A DNA stretch of 64,000 bases, from contig JBGANF010000010.1 in the NCBI GenBank assembly GCA_044222475.1, positions 32,001 through 96,000 of the forward strand, written 5' to 3'. Under the pieces are notes generated by a model. That model was given only the letters and a program-made list of their open reading frames with translations, was not told where the DNA came from and made no database searches. This DNA comes from Polyangiaceae bacterium (lineage in GTDB: Bacteria; Myxococcota_A; Polyangia; Polyangiales; Polyangiaceae). A program made the position numbers and the translations under genes. Numbering within the stretch: the stretch's first letter is position 1; each line of letters starts with the position of its first letter. Shown piece after piece: positions 47,573 to 56,624 of the stretch.

Positions 47573-49729
47573 ATGAAGACCCGACTTGGCTTGATCGTAG
47601 GCATCTCCACCCTCACCACCGTCCTCGGCGGTTGCTCCAGCAAACCGGACGTCTCCGGCATGGTCCAGGCGCGCCTCGAGCGCGCTTCGAGCTGCCAGAA
47701 CCTCGAAGCGATGCTCAAGGCCGACGCAAAGGCGAAGCTCAACGCCTTCATCGACGGGCAGATCGAGTCGCTGCACCACCGGAGCTCCGGCGGCGTGATG
47801 TACGACGCCGCTGCCACCCCCGGCTCGCAGTCGACGAACGCATCGAAACCGGCCGACCGAGCATCGACGTACTCGAAGACCAACACCCAGGTCGACGGCG
47901 TCGACGAAGCCGACATCGTCAAGAACGACGACAAGTACATCTACGTGCTGCACGGGAGCACGCTCCAGATCATCGACGCGTTCCCCGCCGACAAGATGCA
48001 GAGGTCGAACACTGCCACGATCGACGGCACGCCGAGCGAGATGTTCGTGTCCGGCAACAAGGTCGTCGTGTTCTCGACGGTGAGCGGCGGTCCGGTGTTC
48101 GCCGCCGCTGGGGTCGCGCGCAAGCCACGGTACGGCTATTACGGCGGTGGCTGGTGGGGCGGCGGGTTCGCGGGACCGATGTGCATGGGCTACGGGTGCG
48201 GGAGCTGGGTCTCGGATCCGATCACGAAGGTCACCGTGTTGTCCCTCGATGGGACGACCCCCTCCCTGGTGAGCGTCGCGCGCGAGCTCTACTTCGAGGG
48301 CTCCTACGTCTCGTCACGCCGCATCGGCTCCAAGGTCCGCGCCATCACGAGCGGCGGCGCGTACGCCCCCGAGCTCGAGTACTGGCCCCAGGATCCGGGC
48401 CTCGACTGGAGCGACACGAGCGACGTCGAGGACGCGTACGAGCGCGTGCGCGCCCGCGACCTCGCGAAGATCGACGCGTCGACGTGGCAGGACTGGGTCC
48501 CGGCGCGGCTCGAGAAGAACGGGGCCAAGGTCACCGCCCAGACGGTCGCGTGCACCGACGTCCTCCTGCCGACGACCGGCTCGACGGAGTACGGCTTGTC
48601 GCAGCTCGTTTCGTTCGATCTCGACGCGCCGGCCGCCGCTCCGAGCGACCTCGCGATCGCCGGCGCCGTCGACGTCGTCTACGGCAACGACAGCACGATG
48701 ATCCTCGCCCAGCGCGGCTGGCGCTCGGGCTGGTGGTGGCAGACCGACGATCTCCCCGAAGGGTTCTCGTTCACGTACACCCACCTCCACGCGTTCGACA
48801 TCGAGAGCGACCCGGCCGTACCGGCGTACGTCGGGTCGGGCACCGTGGTCGGCACCGTCGACGATCAGTTCTCGATCGACGAGCACGCGGGGATCGTTCG
48901 CGTCTCGACCACCGAAGAGCGCGCGCAGTGGCGACCCGGCCGCGGGATGTTCGGCAGCGGCTACATGGGGTGGCAAGCGGCAGCTCACGTCTTCACCCTC
49001 CAGACCGAGAAGGGCGCGCTGACCCAGATCGGGAGCGTCGGTGATCTCGTCGTCGACGAGCGCGTCACCGCGACGCGGTTCCTCGGCGACACGGCCTACG
49101 TCGTCACGTTCCGAAACGTCGACCCGCTCTTCGTGGTCGACACGAAGGATCCGGCGAACCCGAAGGTGATGGGCTCGCTCACGATCCCCGGCTTCTCCGA
49201 GTACATGCAGCCGCTCGACGCGACCCACCTCCTCACGATCGGTCGCAGCGGCACGACGTCGAACCTGGCGCTCCAGATCTTCGACGTCGCCGATCCCGTG
49301 CACCCCAAGCTCGCGTCGCGCTTCGACTACGCGACCGACGGTTGGAGCGGCTCGGAAGCGGAGCAAAATCACAAGGCGTTCACCTACTACCCCGAGAAGA
49401 AGCTCCTCTCGTTCCCGCGCTGGTCCTACGACGGCGGGGGCTACTCGTTCCGCAGCTCGGCCGAGCTCTTCCGGGTCGACGTCTCGAGCGGCATCTCGAA
49501 GATCGGCAGCGTCGACCACACGAAGCTCTTCCCGAGCTCGTTCCAGCGCGGATGGTGCAACGACTACTTCGGACCCCAGGTCCGCCGCAGCGTCTTCATG
49601 GACGACGTGATGTACTCGATCTCCTACGGCGGCATCATCGCGACCGACACGAAGAGCCTCGGTACGGTGCGCACGCTCGGCTTCGACCGGCCGGCGCTGG
49701 AAGGCTGGTCCGTCTGCAACGCCGACTGA
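47573..49729 (+). CDS. Beta-propeller domain lipoprotein (Beta_propel family)
   Basis: Lipobox LGGC; YSKTNTQVDGVDEADIVKND, DQFSIDEH, VTFRNVDPLFVVD and IPGFSEYM. Confidence 0.88.
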   Translation: MKTRLGLIVGISTLTTVLGGCSSKPDVSGMVQARLERASSCQNLEAMLKADAKAKLNAFIDGQIESLHHRSSGGVMYDAAATPGSQSTNASKPADRASTYSKTNTQVDGVDEADIVKNDDKYIYVLHGSTLQIIDAFPADKMQRSNTATIDGTPSEMFVSGNKVVVFSTVSGGPVFAAAGVARKPRYGYYGGGWWGGGFAGPMCMGYGCGSWVSDPITKVTVLSLDGTTPSLVSVARELYFEGSYVSSRRIGSKVRAITSGGAYAPELEYWPQDPGLDWSDTSDVEDAYERVRARDLAKIDASTWQDWVPARLEKNGAKVTAQTVACTDVLLPTTGSTEYGLSQLVSFDLDAPAAAPSDLAIAGAVDVVYGNDSTMILAQRGWRSGWWWQTDDLPEGFSFTYTHLHAFDIESDPAVPAYVGSGTVVGTVDDQFSIDEHAGIVRVSTTEERAQWRPGRGMFGSGYMGWQAAAHVFTLQTEKGALTQIGSVGDLVVDERVTATRFLGDTAYVVTFRNVDPLFVVDTKDPANPKVMGSLTIPGFSEYMQPLDATHLLTIGRSGTTSNLALQIFDVADPVHPKLASRFDYATDGWSGSEAEQNHKAFTYYPEKKLLSFPRWSYDGGGYSFRSSAELFRVDVSSGISKIGSVDHTKLFPSSFQRGWCNDYFGPQVRRSVFMDDVMYSISYGGIIATDTKSLGTVRTLGFDRPALEGWSVCNAD

Positions 49730-49742
49730 TACGCTCCCGGCG

Positions 49743-50534
49743 ATGCGACGCGCGCTAGCTCTCTTCGCCGGGTTCCTCTTCGCGTGCACTCGCTCCAGCC
49801 CACCTGCGCCGCCGGCCGCCCATGACGCCGGCGGCGCAGCTTCGTCCGCCACGGCGAGTGCGACGGCGAGCGCAGCGCCGCCTCCGGTCGACACGAACGC
49901 GCCGTATCGGGAGCTCGTCCAGAAGTGGAACGAAGCGCACCACGCGCACGACGCCGCCGCGCTCGAGAAGCTCTACGCCCCGAAGATCACGTTCTACGGC
50001 GTCAGCATGAGCGCCGCCGACGCGGCGAAGAAGAAGGCGGCCGCGTTCAAGGCTTCACCGGACTTCACCCAGGCGGCCGGGCTGCCGGAGCTCGAGACCT
50101 CCGCCGACAAGAGCGAGACGTGGGCGCGCTTCATGAAGACGACGTCGAGCGCCGGAAAATCCGGCGACTACCCGGTGCTCTTGATCTTCGACGCCGACAA
50201 GAAGATCAAGGAAGAAGCCGACGACGTGACGCACGACGAACAGTGGTGCGCGAAGACACCGATGCCCCGCGTTTCGGGGCTCACGATGACCGTGGCCGAC
50301 GTCATGACCGCGGCGCAAAAGTCGAAGCACATGAGCGCGTGGAAGCAGGGCGCCGAGTTCGCCCGCTGCGCGAAGCGCTGCGCGACCCCGAGCCACGACT
50401 GCGACTACGAGATCCGCCTCATCGACTTCGACTCCGGCACCGGAGTCCCGACCGGCAGCGTCTACCTCGATCCCCTCACCAAGACGCTGTGGTGGCACGC
50501 CGTGACGGGCGGCTGGGAATCGGAAAGGCTGTAG
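49743..50534 (+). CDS. Lipoprotein of unknown function (NTF2-like N-terminal part)
   Basis: Lipobox LFAC; WNEAHHAHDAAALEKLYA. Confidence 0.65.
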   Translation: MRRALALFAGFLFACTRSSPPAPPAAHDAGGAASSATASATASAAPPPVDTNAPYRELVQKWNEAHHAHDAAALEKLYAPKITFYGVSMSAADAAKKKAAAFKASPDFTQAAGLPELETSADKSETWARFMKTTSSAGKSGDYPVLLIFDADKKIKEEADDVTHDEQWCAKTPMPRVSGLTMTVADVMTAAQKSKHMSAWKQGAEFARCAKRCATPSHDCDYEIRLIDFDSGTGVPTGSVYLDPLTKTLWWHAVTGGWESERL

Positions 50535-50541
50535 CCCTCGT

Positions 50542-50695
50542 CGCCCTCCCAGAGAAAATGAACAGGAAGGGCGGAAGCGCGGAAGATTTTTGGGGGAGGG
50601 TCGAGCACGCCAGCTCTTCGCCAAGCGCCAGCGCCAAATCCACCCTCAAATCCTTCCGGACTTCCGCCCTTCCTGTCCAAATTTCTCCGAGGGCG
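50542..50695. repeat. Long imperfect inverted repeat between convergent genes
   Basis: acaggaagggcggaag / cttccgcccttcctgt core with outer cgccctc / gagggcg. Confidence 0.75.
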
Positions 50696-50711
50696 TGGTG
50701 GGTGCCGACGG

Positions 50712-51947
50712 CTAGGTCGACTTGGGTTCGTCGGCCAGACCGAAGCCGTCGTGCAGGACGCGCACCGCGAGCTCGGTGTACTTGGCCGACACCAGGACCG
50801 AGACCTTGATCTCGCTGGTGGAGATCGCCTGGATGTTGATCCCCTCGTTCCCGAGGAGGCCGAACATCTTCGCCGCGATGCCGGCGTGCGACCGCATGCC
50901 GAGGCCGACGATGCTCACCTTGACGACGTCGTCGTCGTAGCGGATCTCGCGCACGCCGAGGTCCTTGGCGATCGCCTCGAGCTCGGGCTTTGCCCGCGCG
51001 AGGTCGGTCTTGGCCAGCGTGAAGGTGACGTCGGCGCGGCCCGCCGACTCGGTCTGGGCGTTCTGCACGATCATGTCGACCGAGATGTTCTTCTCGGCGA
51101 TGCGGCCGAACAGCTTGGCCACCGCACCCGGTTCGTCTTTGATGCCGAGGAGCGTGACCCGCGCTTCGCCCTTGTCGTACGCGACGCCGGCGACGACGAC
51201 GTCTTCGAGAGACCGGTCCTCGCGCGTGACCCAGGTGCCCTCGGCCTCCGAGAACGAGCTTCGAACGTGTACCGGTACTCCGTACTTCATCGCGATCTCC
51301 ACGCTGCGGATCTGCAGCACCTTCGCCCCGAGCGAGGCGAGCTCGAGCATTTCCTCGAACGAAATCTTCCGGATCTTCCGGGCCGACGGACACACGTTCG
51401 GATCGGTCGTGTAGACGCCGTCGACGTCGGTGTAGATCTCGCACGCGTCCGCGCCGATCGCCGCGGCGATGGCCACCGCCGACGTGTCCGAACCGCCTCG
51501 ACCGAGCGTCGTGATGTTGCCGGCCTCGTCGACGCCCTGGAAGCCGGCGACGACGGCAATCGAACCTTCCTTCAAGGTCGAGAAGATCTTGGAGCCTTCG
51601 ATCGTCTTGATGCGCGCCTTCGTGAACGCGCCGTCGGTGAGGATCTTCACCTGGTGGCCGAGCAGGCTGCGCGCCTTCGCGCCCTCCGCCTGGATGGCCA
51701 TCGACACGAGCGCGGCGGACACCTGCTCCCCGGTCGCGGCGAGCGCATCCATCTCGCGCGCGTCGGGGACGGCCTGCATCTCGTGCGCCATCTTGAGCAG
51801 GCGATTCGTCTCACCGCTCATCGCGCTGACGATGCACACCACGTCGTGGCCGGCGCGCTGCGCCGCGACGCAGCGCTTGGCCACGCTCTGCATGCGCTCG
51901 AGCGATCCGACCGACGTGCCTCCGTACTTCTGAACGACGAGTGCCAC
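50712..51947 (-). CDS. lysC: Aspartate kinase
   Basis: VQKYGGTSVG, VSAMSGET, VAGFQG, TLGRGGSDTSA, YTDVDGVYTTDP and ACT domains (STSEIK). Confidence 0.96.
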   Translation of the reverse strand: MALVVQKYGGTSVGSLERMQSVAKRCVAAQRAGHDVVCIVSAMSGETNRLLKMAHEMQAVPDAREMDALAATGEQVSAALVSMAIQAEGAKARSLLGHQVKILTDGAFTKARIKTIEGSKIFSTLKEGSIAVVAGFQGVDEAGNITTLGRGGSDTSAVAIAAAIGADACEIYTDVDGVYTTDPNVCPSARKIRKISFEEMLELASLGAKVLQIRSVEIAMKYGVPVHVRSSFSEAEGTWVTREDRSLEDVVVAGVAYDKGEARVTLLGIKDEPGAVAKLFGRIAEKNISVDMIVQNAQTESAGRADVTFTLAKTDLARAKPELEAIAKDLGVREIRYDDDVVKVSIVGLGMRSHAGIAAKMFGLLGNEGINIQAISTSEIKVSVLVSAKYTELAVRVLHDGFGLADEPKST

Positions 51948-52005
51948 GGGGCGTCTAGCTACCGAGACGCCCGCGCTCCGTCAATGGTCGTGGTAGGGTG
52001 ACGCC

Positions 52006-53601
52006 ATGGAGTTCGTGCCCGGCACGATCTTCGCGAACGACTATCGCGTAAGGCACGCGCTCTCCGCTGGGGGAATGGGCGCGGTGTACGTCGTCGATCA
52101 AATTTCCACCGGGAAGCCACGCGCGCTGAAGCTCATGCACGCCCAGCTCCTGCACAGCCCGGAGCTACGCGCACGGTTCGAGCAAGAAGCACGCATCGGA
52201 GCCCGGATCGCGAGCGAGCACGTCGTCGAGGTGCACGCCGCCGGGATCGACTTCGGCACTCAGCAGCCGTACATCGTGATGGAGCTGCTCGAAGGCGAGA
52301 GCCTCGCCGCGCGCATCGCTCGCAGCCCGGTCGATCCGACGACCGCGCGCGAGATCCTCGCCCAGATGTGCCACGCGCTCATCGCCGCCCACGCCGCCGG
52401 CGTCGTCCACCGCGACCTGAAGCCCGAGAACGTCTTCCTCGCCGTGCCTCACCGCATCGGCGCGACGCTCACCGTGAAGATCCTCGACTTCGGCATCGCC
52501 AAGATCGTGGAGCGGGAGGCGGTCGCGACCAGCGCGATCGGCTCGCCGATGTGGCTCGCGCCCGAGCAGACCGAGCGCAGCCCGGTCGCGCCTGCAACCG
52601 ACGTGTGGGCGCTCGGATTGATTGCATTCTACATGCTCACTGGGCAGGTCTTCTGGCGCAACGCGACGGGCCCGTCCGCGTCGGTTCCACGGCTCATGCG
52701 CGAGGTGGTGCTCGATCCGATCCCGCTCGCGTCGGCGCGCGCCGCCGAGCTCGGCGCGAACCTCCCGGCCGGTTTCGACCAGTGGTTCGCGCGCGCCGTC
52801 GTCCGCGACATGAACGCGCGCTTCCCCGATGCGGCCCACGCGTGGCGTGCGCTCGAGCCGCTTCTCCAAGGTCAGGGCGTCGCCGGGGCACACCCGGCTG
52901 CGCGAATCACCCCCGGTGCCCAGCAGTTCGCGGAGACCCAGCCGTTCGTCGATGCGTCCCAGACCGAGCGCGAGCGCCGGGCGACCGGACCCGGGCCGGC
53001 GGCGACGGAGCCCACGGCTCCGCCGAGACGCGGTCGCGGTCTCCTCCTCGTCGGGATCGTGTTCGGAGCAGGCGTGATCATCAGCGTGCTCATCGCGTTG
53101 GGCTACCGCTTCCTCAGCCATGGGCAGCACCGCGTGGAGCCGAGCGCGGGCCCGGTGGTCGCGCCTGGCCCGTCGAGCGCGGTCGTCGTCGACACGAGCG
53201 TGCCTCCGGTGCCGCCGACGGCCGTCGTGACGACACCACCGGGCGGCTTTCCTTCGGGGATGCCGTCGTTCGTTCCGCCGGCGGGGTTTCCCGGCATCAG
53301 CGGCGGCGGCGCGATGAGCGGCTTCGTGATCGCCGAGAGAAACGCCGACCTCCAGGCCGACGCGCAGAAGCAGTTCAACGATCACCTCGCCGACGATCTG
53401 CACAAGTGCGTCGCCGACGGGCGCCGGGGCAGCGTCAACTTCATGACCAAGGTTCGCCCCAACGGGAGCGTTTCGTCGGTGATGGCGATCGGGGCCGCCG
53501 GTCCTCACGTCAACTGCATGACGAAGGTCCTCGAGGGATCTCGGTTCGTGTCGACCGCGAAGGGCGGCGACGTCGTGTTCAGTTTGTTTTGGCAGAAGTG
53601 A
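52006..53601 (+). CDS. Hanks-type Ser/Thr kinase with TM and extracytoplasmic domain
   Basis: AGGMGAVY, HRDLKPEN, DFG and GSPMWLAPEQ. Confidence 0.93.
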   Translation: MEFVPGTIFANDYRVRHALSAGGMGAVYVVDQISTGKPRALKLMHAQLLHSPELRARFEQEARIGARIASEHVVEVHAAGIDFGTQQPYIVMELLEGESLAARIARSPVDPTTAREILAQMCHALIAAHAAGVVHRDLKPENVFLAVPHRIGATLTVKILDFGIAKIVEREAVATSAIGSPMWLAPEQTERSPVAPATDVWALGLIAFYMLTGQVFWRNATGPSASVPRLMREVVLDPIPLASARAAELGANLPAGFDQWFARAVVRDMNARFPDAAHAWRALEPLLQGQGVAGAHPAARITPGAQQFAETQPFVDASQTERERRATGPGPAATEPTAPPRRGRGLLLVGIVFGAGVIISVLIALGYRFLSHGQHRVEPSAGPVVAPGPSSAVVVDTSVPPVPPTAVVTTPPGGFPSGMPSFVPPAGFPGISGGGAMSGFVIAERNADLQADAQKQFNDHLADDLHKCVADGRRGSVNFMTKVRPNGSVSSVMAIGAAGPHVNCMTKVLEGSRFVSTAKGGDVVFSLFWQK

Positions 53602-53623
53602 CGTAGGCCTATATGGTCCCGCC

Positions 53624-54022
53624 GTGGGGTCCTACTCCTCCTATCTCGTGGAGACGTTCACGACCCTCGTCGTCGTGTGTGGCCTCGCGTTCCTCGTCTT
53701 GTGGAGCGCACGCCGTCTCGGCATCGGCGCGCAGCTCGGCGCGGCGCGCCTCGTCGGGCGCCTCCCGCTCGACGCGCGGCGCGCGATCTACCTCGTCAAG
53801 GTGGGCCCGAAGGTCCTCGTGGTCGGCGCGTCCGAGGCAGGCCTGACCAAGCTCGGCGAGATGGCGGAGTCGGAGCTCCCGCCCGAGCCGAAAGCTCCGA
53901 AGAGCCCGTTCGCTTCGATCCTCGCGCGCACGCTCGGCTCCCCCAAAGAGGAGACGCCCGTCGACGAGCCGAAGCCCGAGGACGGCAAACGCGCGGAGGC
54001 GAAGAGCGTCGATGACGAGTAG
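53624..54022 (+). CDS. fliO: FliO-like protein
   Basis: N-terminal TM followed by RLPLDARRAIYLVKVG..VLVVGASEAGLTKL; precedes fliP/sctR. Confidence 0.75.
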   Translation: MGSYSSYLVETFTTLVVVCGLAFLVLWSARRLGIGAQLGAARLVGRLPLDARRAIYLVKVGPKVLVVGASEAGLTKLGEMAESELPPEPKAPKSPFASILARTLGSPKEETPVDEPKPEDGKRAEAKSVDDE

Positions 54023-54776
54023 GCGTCCGCTCCTCGTCGCGCTCGCCGCCAGCGCCCTCGCGCTCGCGCCCGGCCTCGCGCACGCCGCACCTCAGGCGAC
54101 GGCGACCGCTGGCTCCGACGACCTCCTCGGTCGACCGATCGTCCTCGTCGTCGCCCTCGCGCTCGTCTCGCTCCTCCCGTTCGTCTTCATGAGCGTGACC
54201 GCCTTCGTGAAGATCTCGACCGTCCTCCAGATCGTGAAGAGCGCGATCGGCGCGCAGAACGTCCCGTCGAACACGGTGATCATGGCGCTCGCGGCGTCGC
54301 TCACGTTGCTCGCGATGGCCCCCGTCGGCGACAAGATCTGGGCGCGCGCGTCGCCGATGTTCGAAGGCAAGGACGTCCCCGACACGATCACGCTGGTGAA
54401 GGGCACCATCGACGCCGTTCGCGAGCCGATGCGCGACTTCCTCCACGACAACGCGAGCGCGACGGAGCGCGCGCGCTTCGTCCAAGTCGCGAAGGAGTCG
54501 AGGCCCGAAGCCGATCGCGACAAGGTGTCGGATCACGACATCTCGGTGCTCGTGCCCGCGTTCGTCGTCACCGAGCTCACCGAAGCGTTCGCGCTCGGCT
54601 TCCTCATCTATCTGCCGTTCCTGATCATCGATCTCGTCGTCTCGAACATCTTGCTCGCGCTCGGCATGCAGATGCTCAACCCGACGCAGGTGAGCCTGCC
54701 GTTCAAGCTGCTCCTGTTCGTGGCGATCGACGGGTGGGGTCTACTCGCCCGAGCTCTCGTCGCCGGCTACAAATAG
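54012..54776 (+). CDS. sctR: Type III export gate protein SctR/FliP
   Basis: SLLPF..TAFVKI, AIGAQNVP, PAFVVTEL, YLPFLIIDLVV and GMQMLNPTQVSLPFKLLLFVAIDGW. Confidence 0.92.
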   Translation: MTSRRPLLVALAASALALAPGLAHAAPQATATAGSDDLLGRPIVLVVALALVSLLPFVFMSVTAFVKISTVLQIVKSAIGAQNVPSNTVIMALAASLTLLAMAPVGDKIWARASPMFEGKDVPDTITLVKGTIDAVREPMRDFLHDNASATERARFVQVAKESRPEADRDKVSDHDISVLVPAFVVTELTEAFALGFLIYLPFLIIDLVVSNILLALGMQMLNPTQVSLPFKLLLFVAIDGWGLLARALVAGYK

Positions 54777-54879
54777 CGGCGCCATTTTACCGAGCACAAT
54801 CCAACGGATACGCGAGATTCGCGCGAGCCGTGTAAGGTCCCCACCTCCGCTCCGTTCCTTTGCCACAACTGGAGGAGCG

Positions 54880-55869
54880 ATGCGAAAATCTCATGTGCTT
54901 GCTGCGACGACGTTCGCGGCCGTTCTTACGACCTTCCTGACTGGCTGCGGCGCCAGCGCCTCGATGAAGGCCCCCGCGAGCCCCGGCTACGCGAACGCCG
55001 GCGCCCAGGCCTACCCGGGCGGCGCTGCGGATTCGTACTCGAAGGCCAGCAGCGAATCGATGGACAGCGACGCGCCGGTGCCGATGAGCGCCCCGCCGCC
55101 GGCGACCGCCGGTGGTGCCGCGCCCGCGCCGCGATCGGCACAGCCCGCGGCGTACCACCCGCCCGCGAGCGCGCCGGCCACGGTCACGTCCTCGCCCACC
55201 GCGGGCAAGACGACGACCGCGACGACGACGACGAACAAGGAGAACGGCAAGGACGCGTCGAATCCGGCGGTCCTGATCATGTACACCGGCTCGCTCACGA
55301 TGACGATCGACGAGAGCGCCGTCTCCGGCGCGATCGACAAGATGGTCGACATCGCCGAGGGCTTCGGCGGACACCTCGCTGGCCGCACGAACACGACGGT
55401 CACGATCAAGGTCCCGTCGGGTCGCTTCCGCGACGCGCTCTCCGAGATGGAGAAGCTCGGGATGGTGACGAACCGCAGCGTCGTCGCCGAGGACGTCTCG
55501 GAAGAGTACAAGGACGCCGAAGTGCGGCTCGCCAACATGAAGGCGACCCGCACGCGCATCCAGGAGTTCCTCGCGAAGGCGGCGAACATCAACGACATGC
55601 TCACCCTCGAGCAGCAGCTCGAGCGCGTCTCCTTGGAGATCGACCGCATCGAAGGCCGCATGCGCTTCCTTCGCGAGCGGACGGCGCTCTCGACGATCAC
55701 GGTCAACGTGACGCCGAAGCCGAAGCCGGTGCCGATCCTCGCGAAGGATCCCGACCCGCCCCCGCCCCCGCCCCCGCCTCCGCCGCCTCAGCCGCCCACG
55801 GCGATCGAGCTCCCGGTGAAGTGGCTCGACCAACTCGGCAGCGACCGTCTTACCCAGGTGAAGAAATGA
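54880..55869 (+). CDS. DUF4349 lipoprotein
   Basis: Lipobox LTGC; TIKVPS, EDVSEEYKD, coiled coil and IEGRMRFL..STITV. Confidence 0.85.
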   Translation: MRKSHVLAATTFAAVLTTFLTGCGASASMKAPASPGYANAGAQAYPGGAADSYSKASSESMDSDAPVPMSAPPPATAGGAAPAPRSAQPAAYHPPASAPATVTSSPTAGKTTTATTTTNKENGKDASNPAVLIMYTGSLTMTIDESAVSGAIDKMVDIAEGFGGHLAGRTNTTVTIKVPSGRFRDALSEMEKLGMVTNRSVVAEDVSEEYKDAEVRLANMKATRTRIQEFLAKAANINDMLTLEQQLERVSLEIDRIEGRMRFLRERTALSTITVNVTPKPKPVPILAKDPDPPPPPPPPPPPQPPTAIELPVKWLDQLGSDRLTQVKK

Positions 55870-56324
55870 ATACTCCGATGAAGCTTCTGGTCTCTGCGAT
55901 GTTCCTCCTCGTTCCGCTCGCCTCGGTGGCGTGCGGCCCGAGCGCCAAGCTCACCGCGCCCGCGGGCTTCGCCCACGTCGACGGCGAGTACGACGACCGC
56001 ATCACCAGCGCGCGTGGCGTCGTCATCGCGGCCCGCGTCGAGAAGAACGAGCCGCAGGCGAACCTCGAATTCTGGGTCGAAGCGATCGACCTCCGCCTGC
56101 AGCAGCGCGGCTACGTCCTCGATGGAACGCCCGGCGAGGTGAAGAGCAAGTCGGGCATCCCCGGGAAGGCGCTCCGCTACAACTACGGCGGCAAGAAGTA
56201 CTGGGTCGACGTCTACGCGACCGACAAGCGGATCATCCTCGTCGAGGCGACCGGACGCTCGCAGGATCTCGACGCCGGCAAGAAGGACATCGAAGGCGCC
56301 ATGCAGGGCGTGCGGATCAACTGA
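55866..56324 (+). CDS. Lipoprotein coupled to the DUF4349 gene
   Basis: ATGA overlap; lipobox SVAC. Confidence 0.75.
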   Translation: MNTPMKLLVSAMFLLVPLASVACGPSAKLTAPAGFAHVDGEYDDRITSARGVVIAARVEKNEPQANLEFWVEAIDLRLQQRGYVLDGTPGEVKSKSGIPGKALRYNYGGKKYWVDVYATDKRIILVEATGRSQDLDAGKKDIEGAMQGVRIN

Positions 56325-56328
56325 GCCC

Positions 56329-56433
56329 CAAAAAGACGAATTCGGGGGAACACAGAACGGGAATGGGAACGGGAATGGGTGCTCTCATTCCCATTCCCAT
56401 TCCCGTTCCACATTCCTCCGCATTCGTCTTTTG
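56329..56433. repeat. Long hairpin built from GGGAAY / RTTCCC hexamer repeats (terminator-like)
   Basis: aaaagacgaat...gaacgggaatgggaacgggaatggg / ctcattcccattcccattcccgttc...attcgtctttt. Confidence 0.75.
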
Positions 56434-56486
56434 TCAGCGGTAGCCCAAAGGCACCGTCGGTGGGGTTGGAAGAAAAGCGGATCCTG

Positions 56487-56514
56487 TTGACAACGTCGTC
56501 TGGCCGCGTAGATT
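56487..56514 (+). promoter_or_regulatory. Sigma70 promoter of tRNA-Ala
   Basis: TTGACA-N16-TAGATT, 16 bp before the tRNA. Confidence 0.75.
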
Positions 56515-56530
56515 CCGCTTCCCCTTCGCC

Positions 56531-56603
<73 letters not shown>

Positions 56604-56624
56604 CCGAAAGATCCGAGGACGTCC

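Noticed and set aside
55750..55800. C-rich low-complexity runs (also near 24600-24720 and 59590-59780)
   Set aside because: They encode ordinary Pro/Ala/Thr linkers within CDSs.
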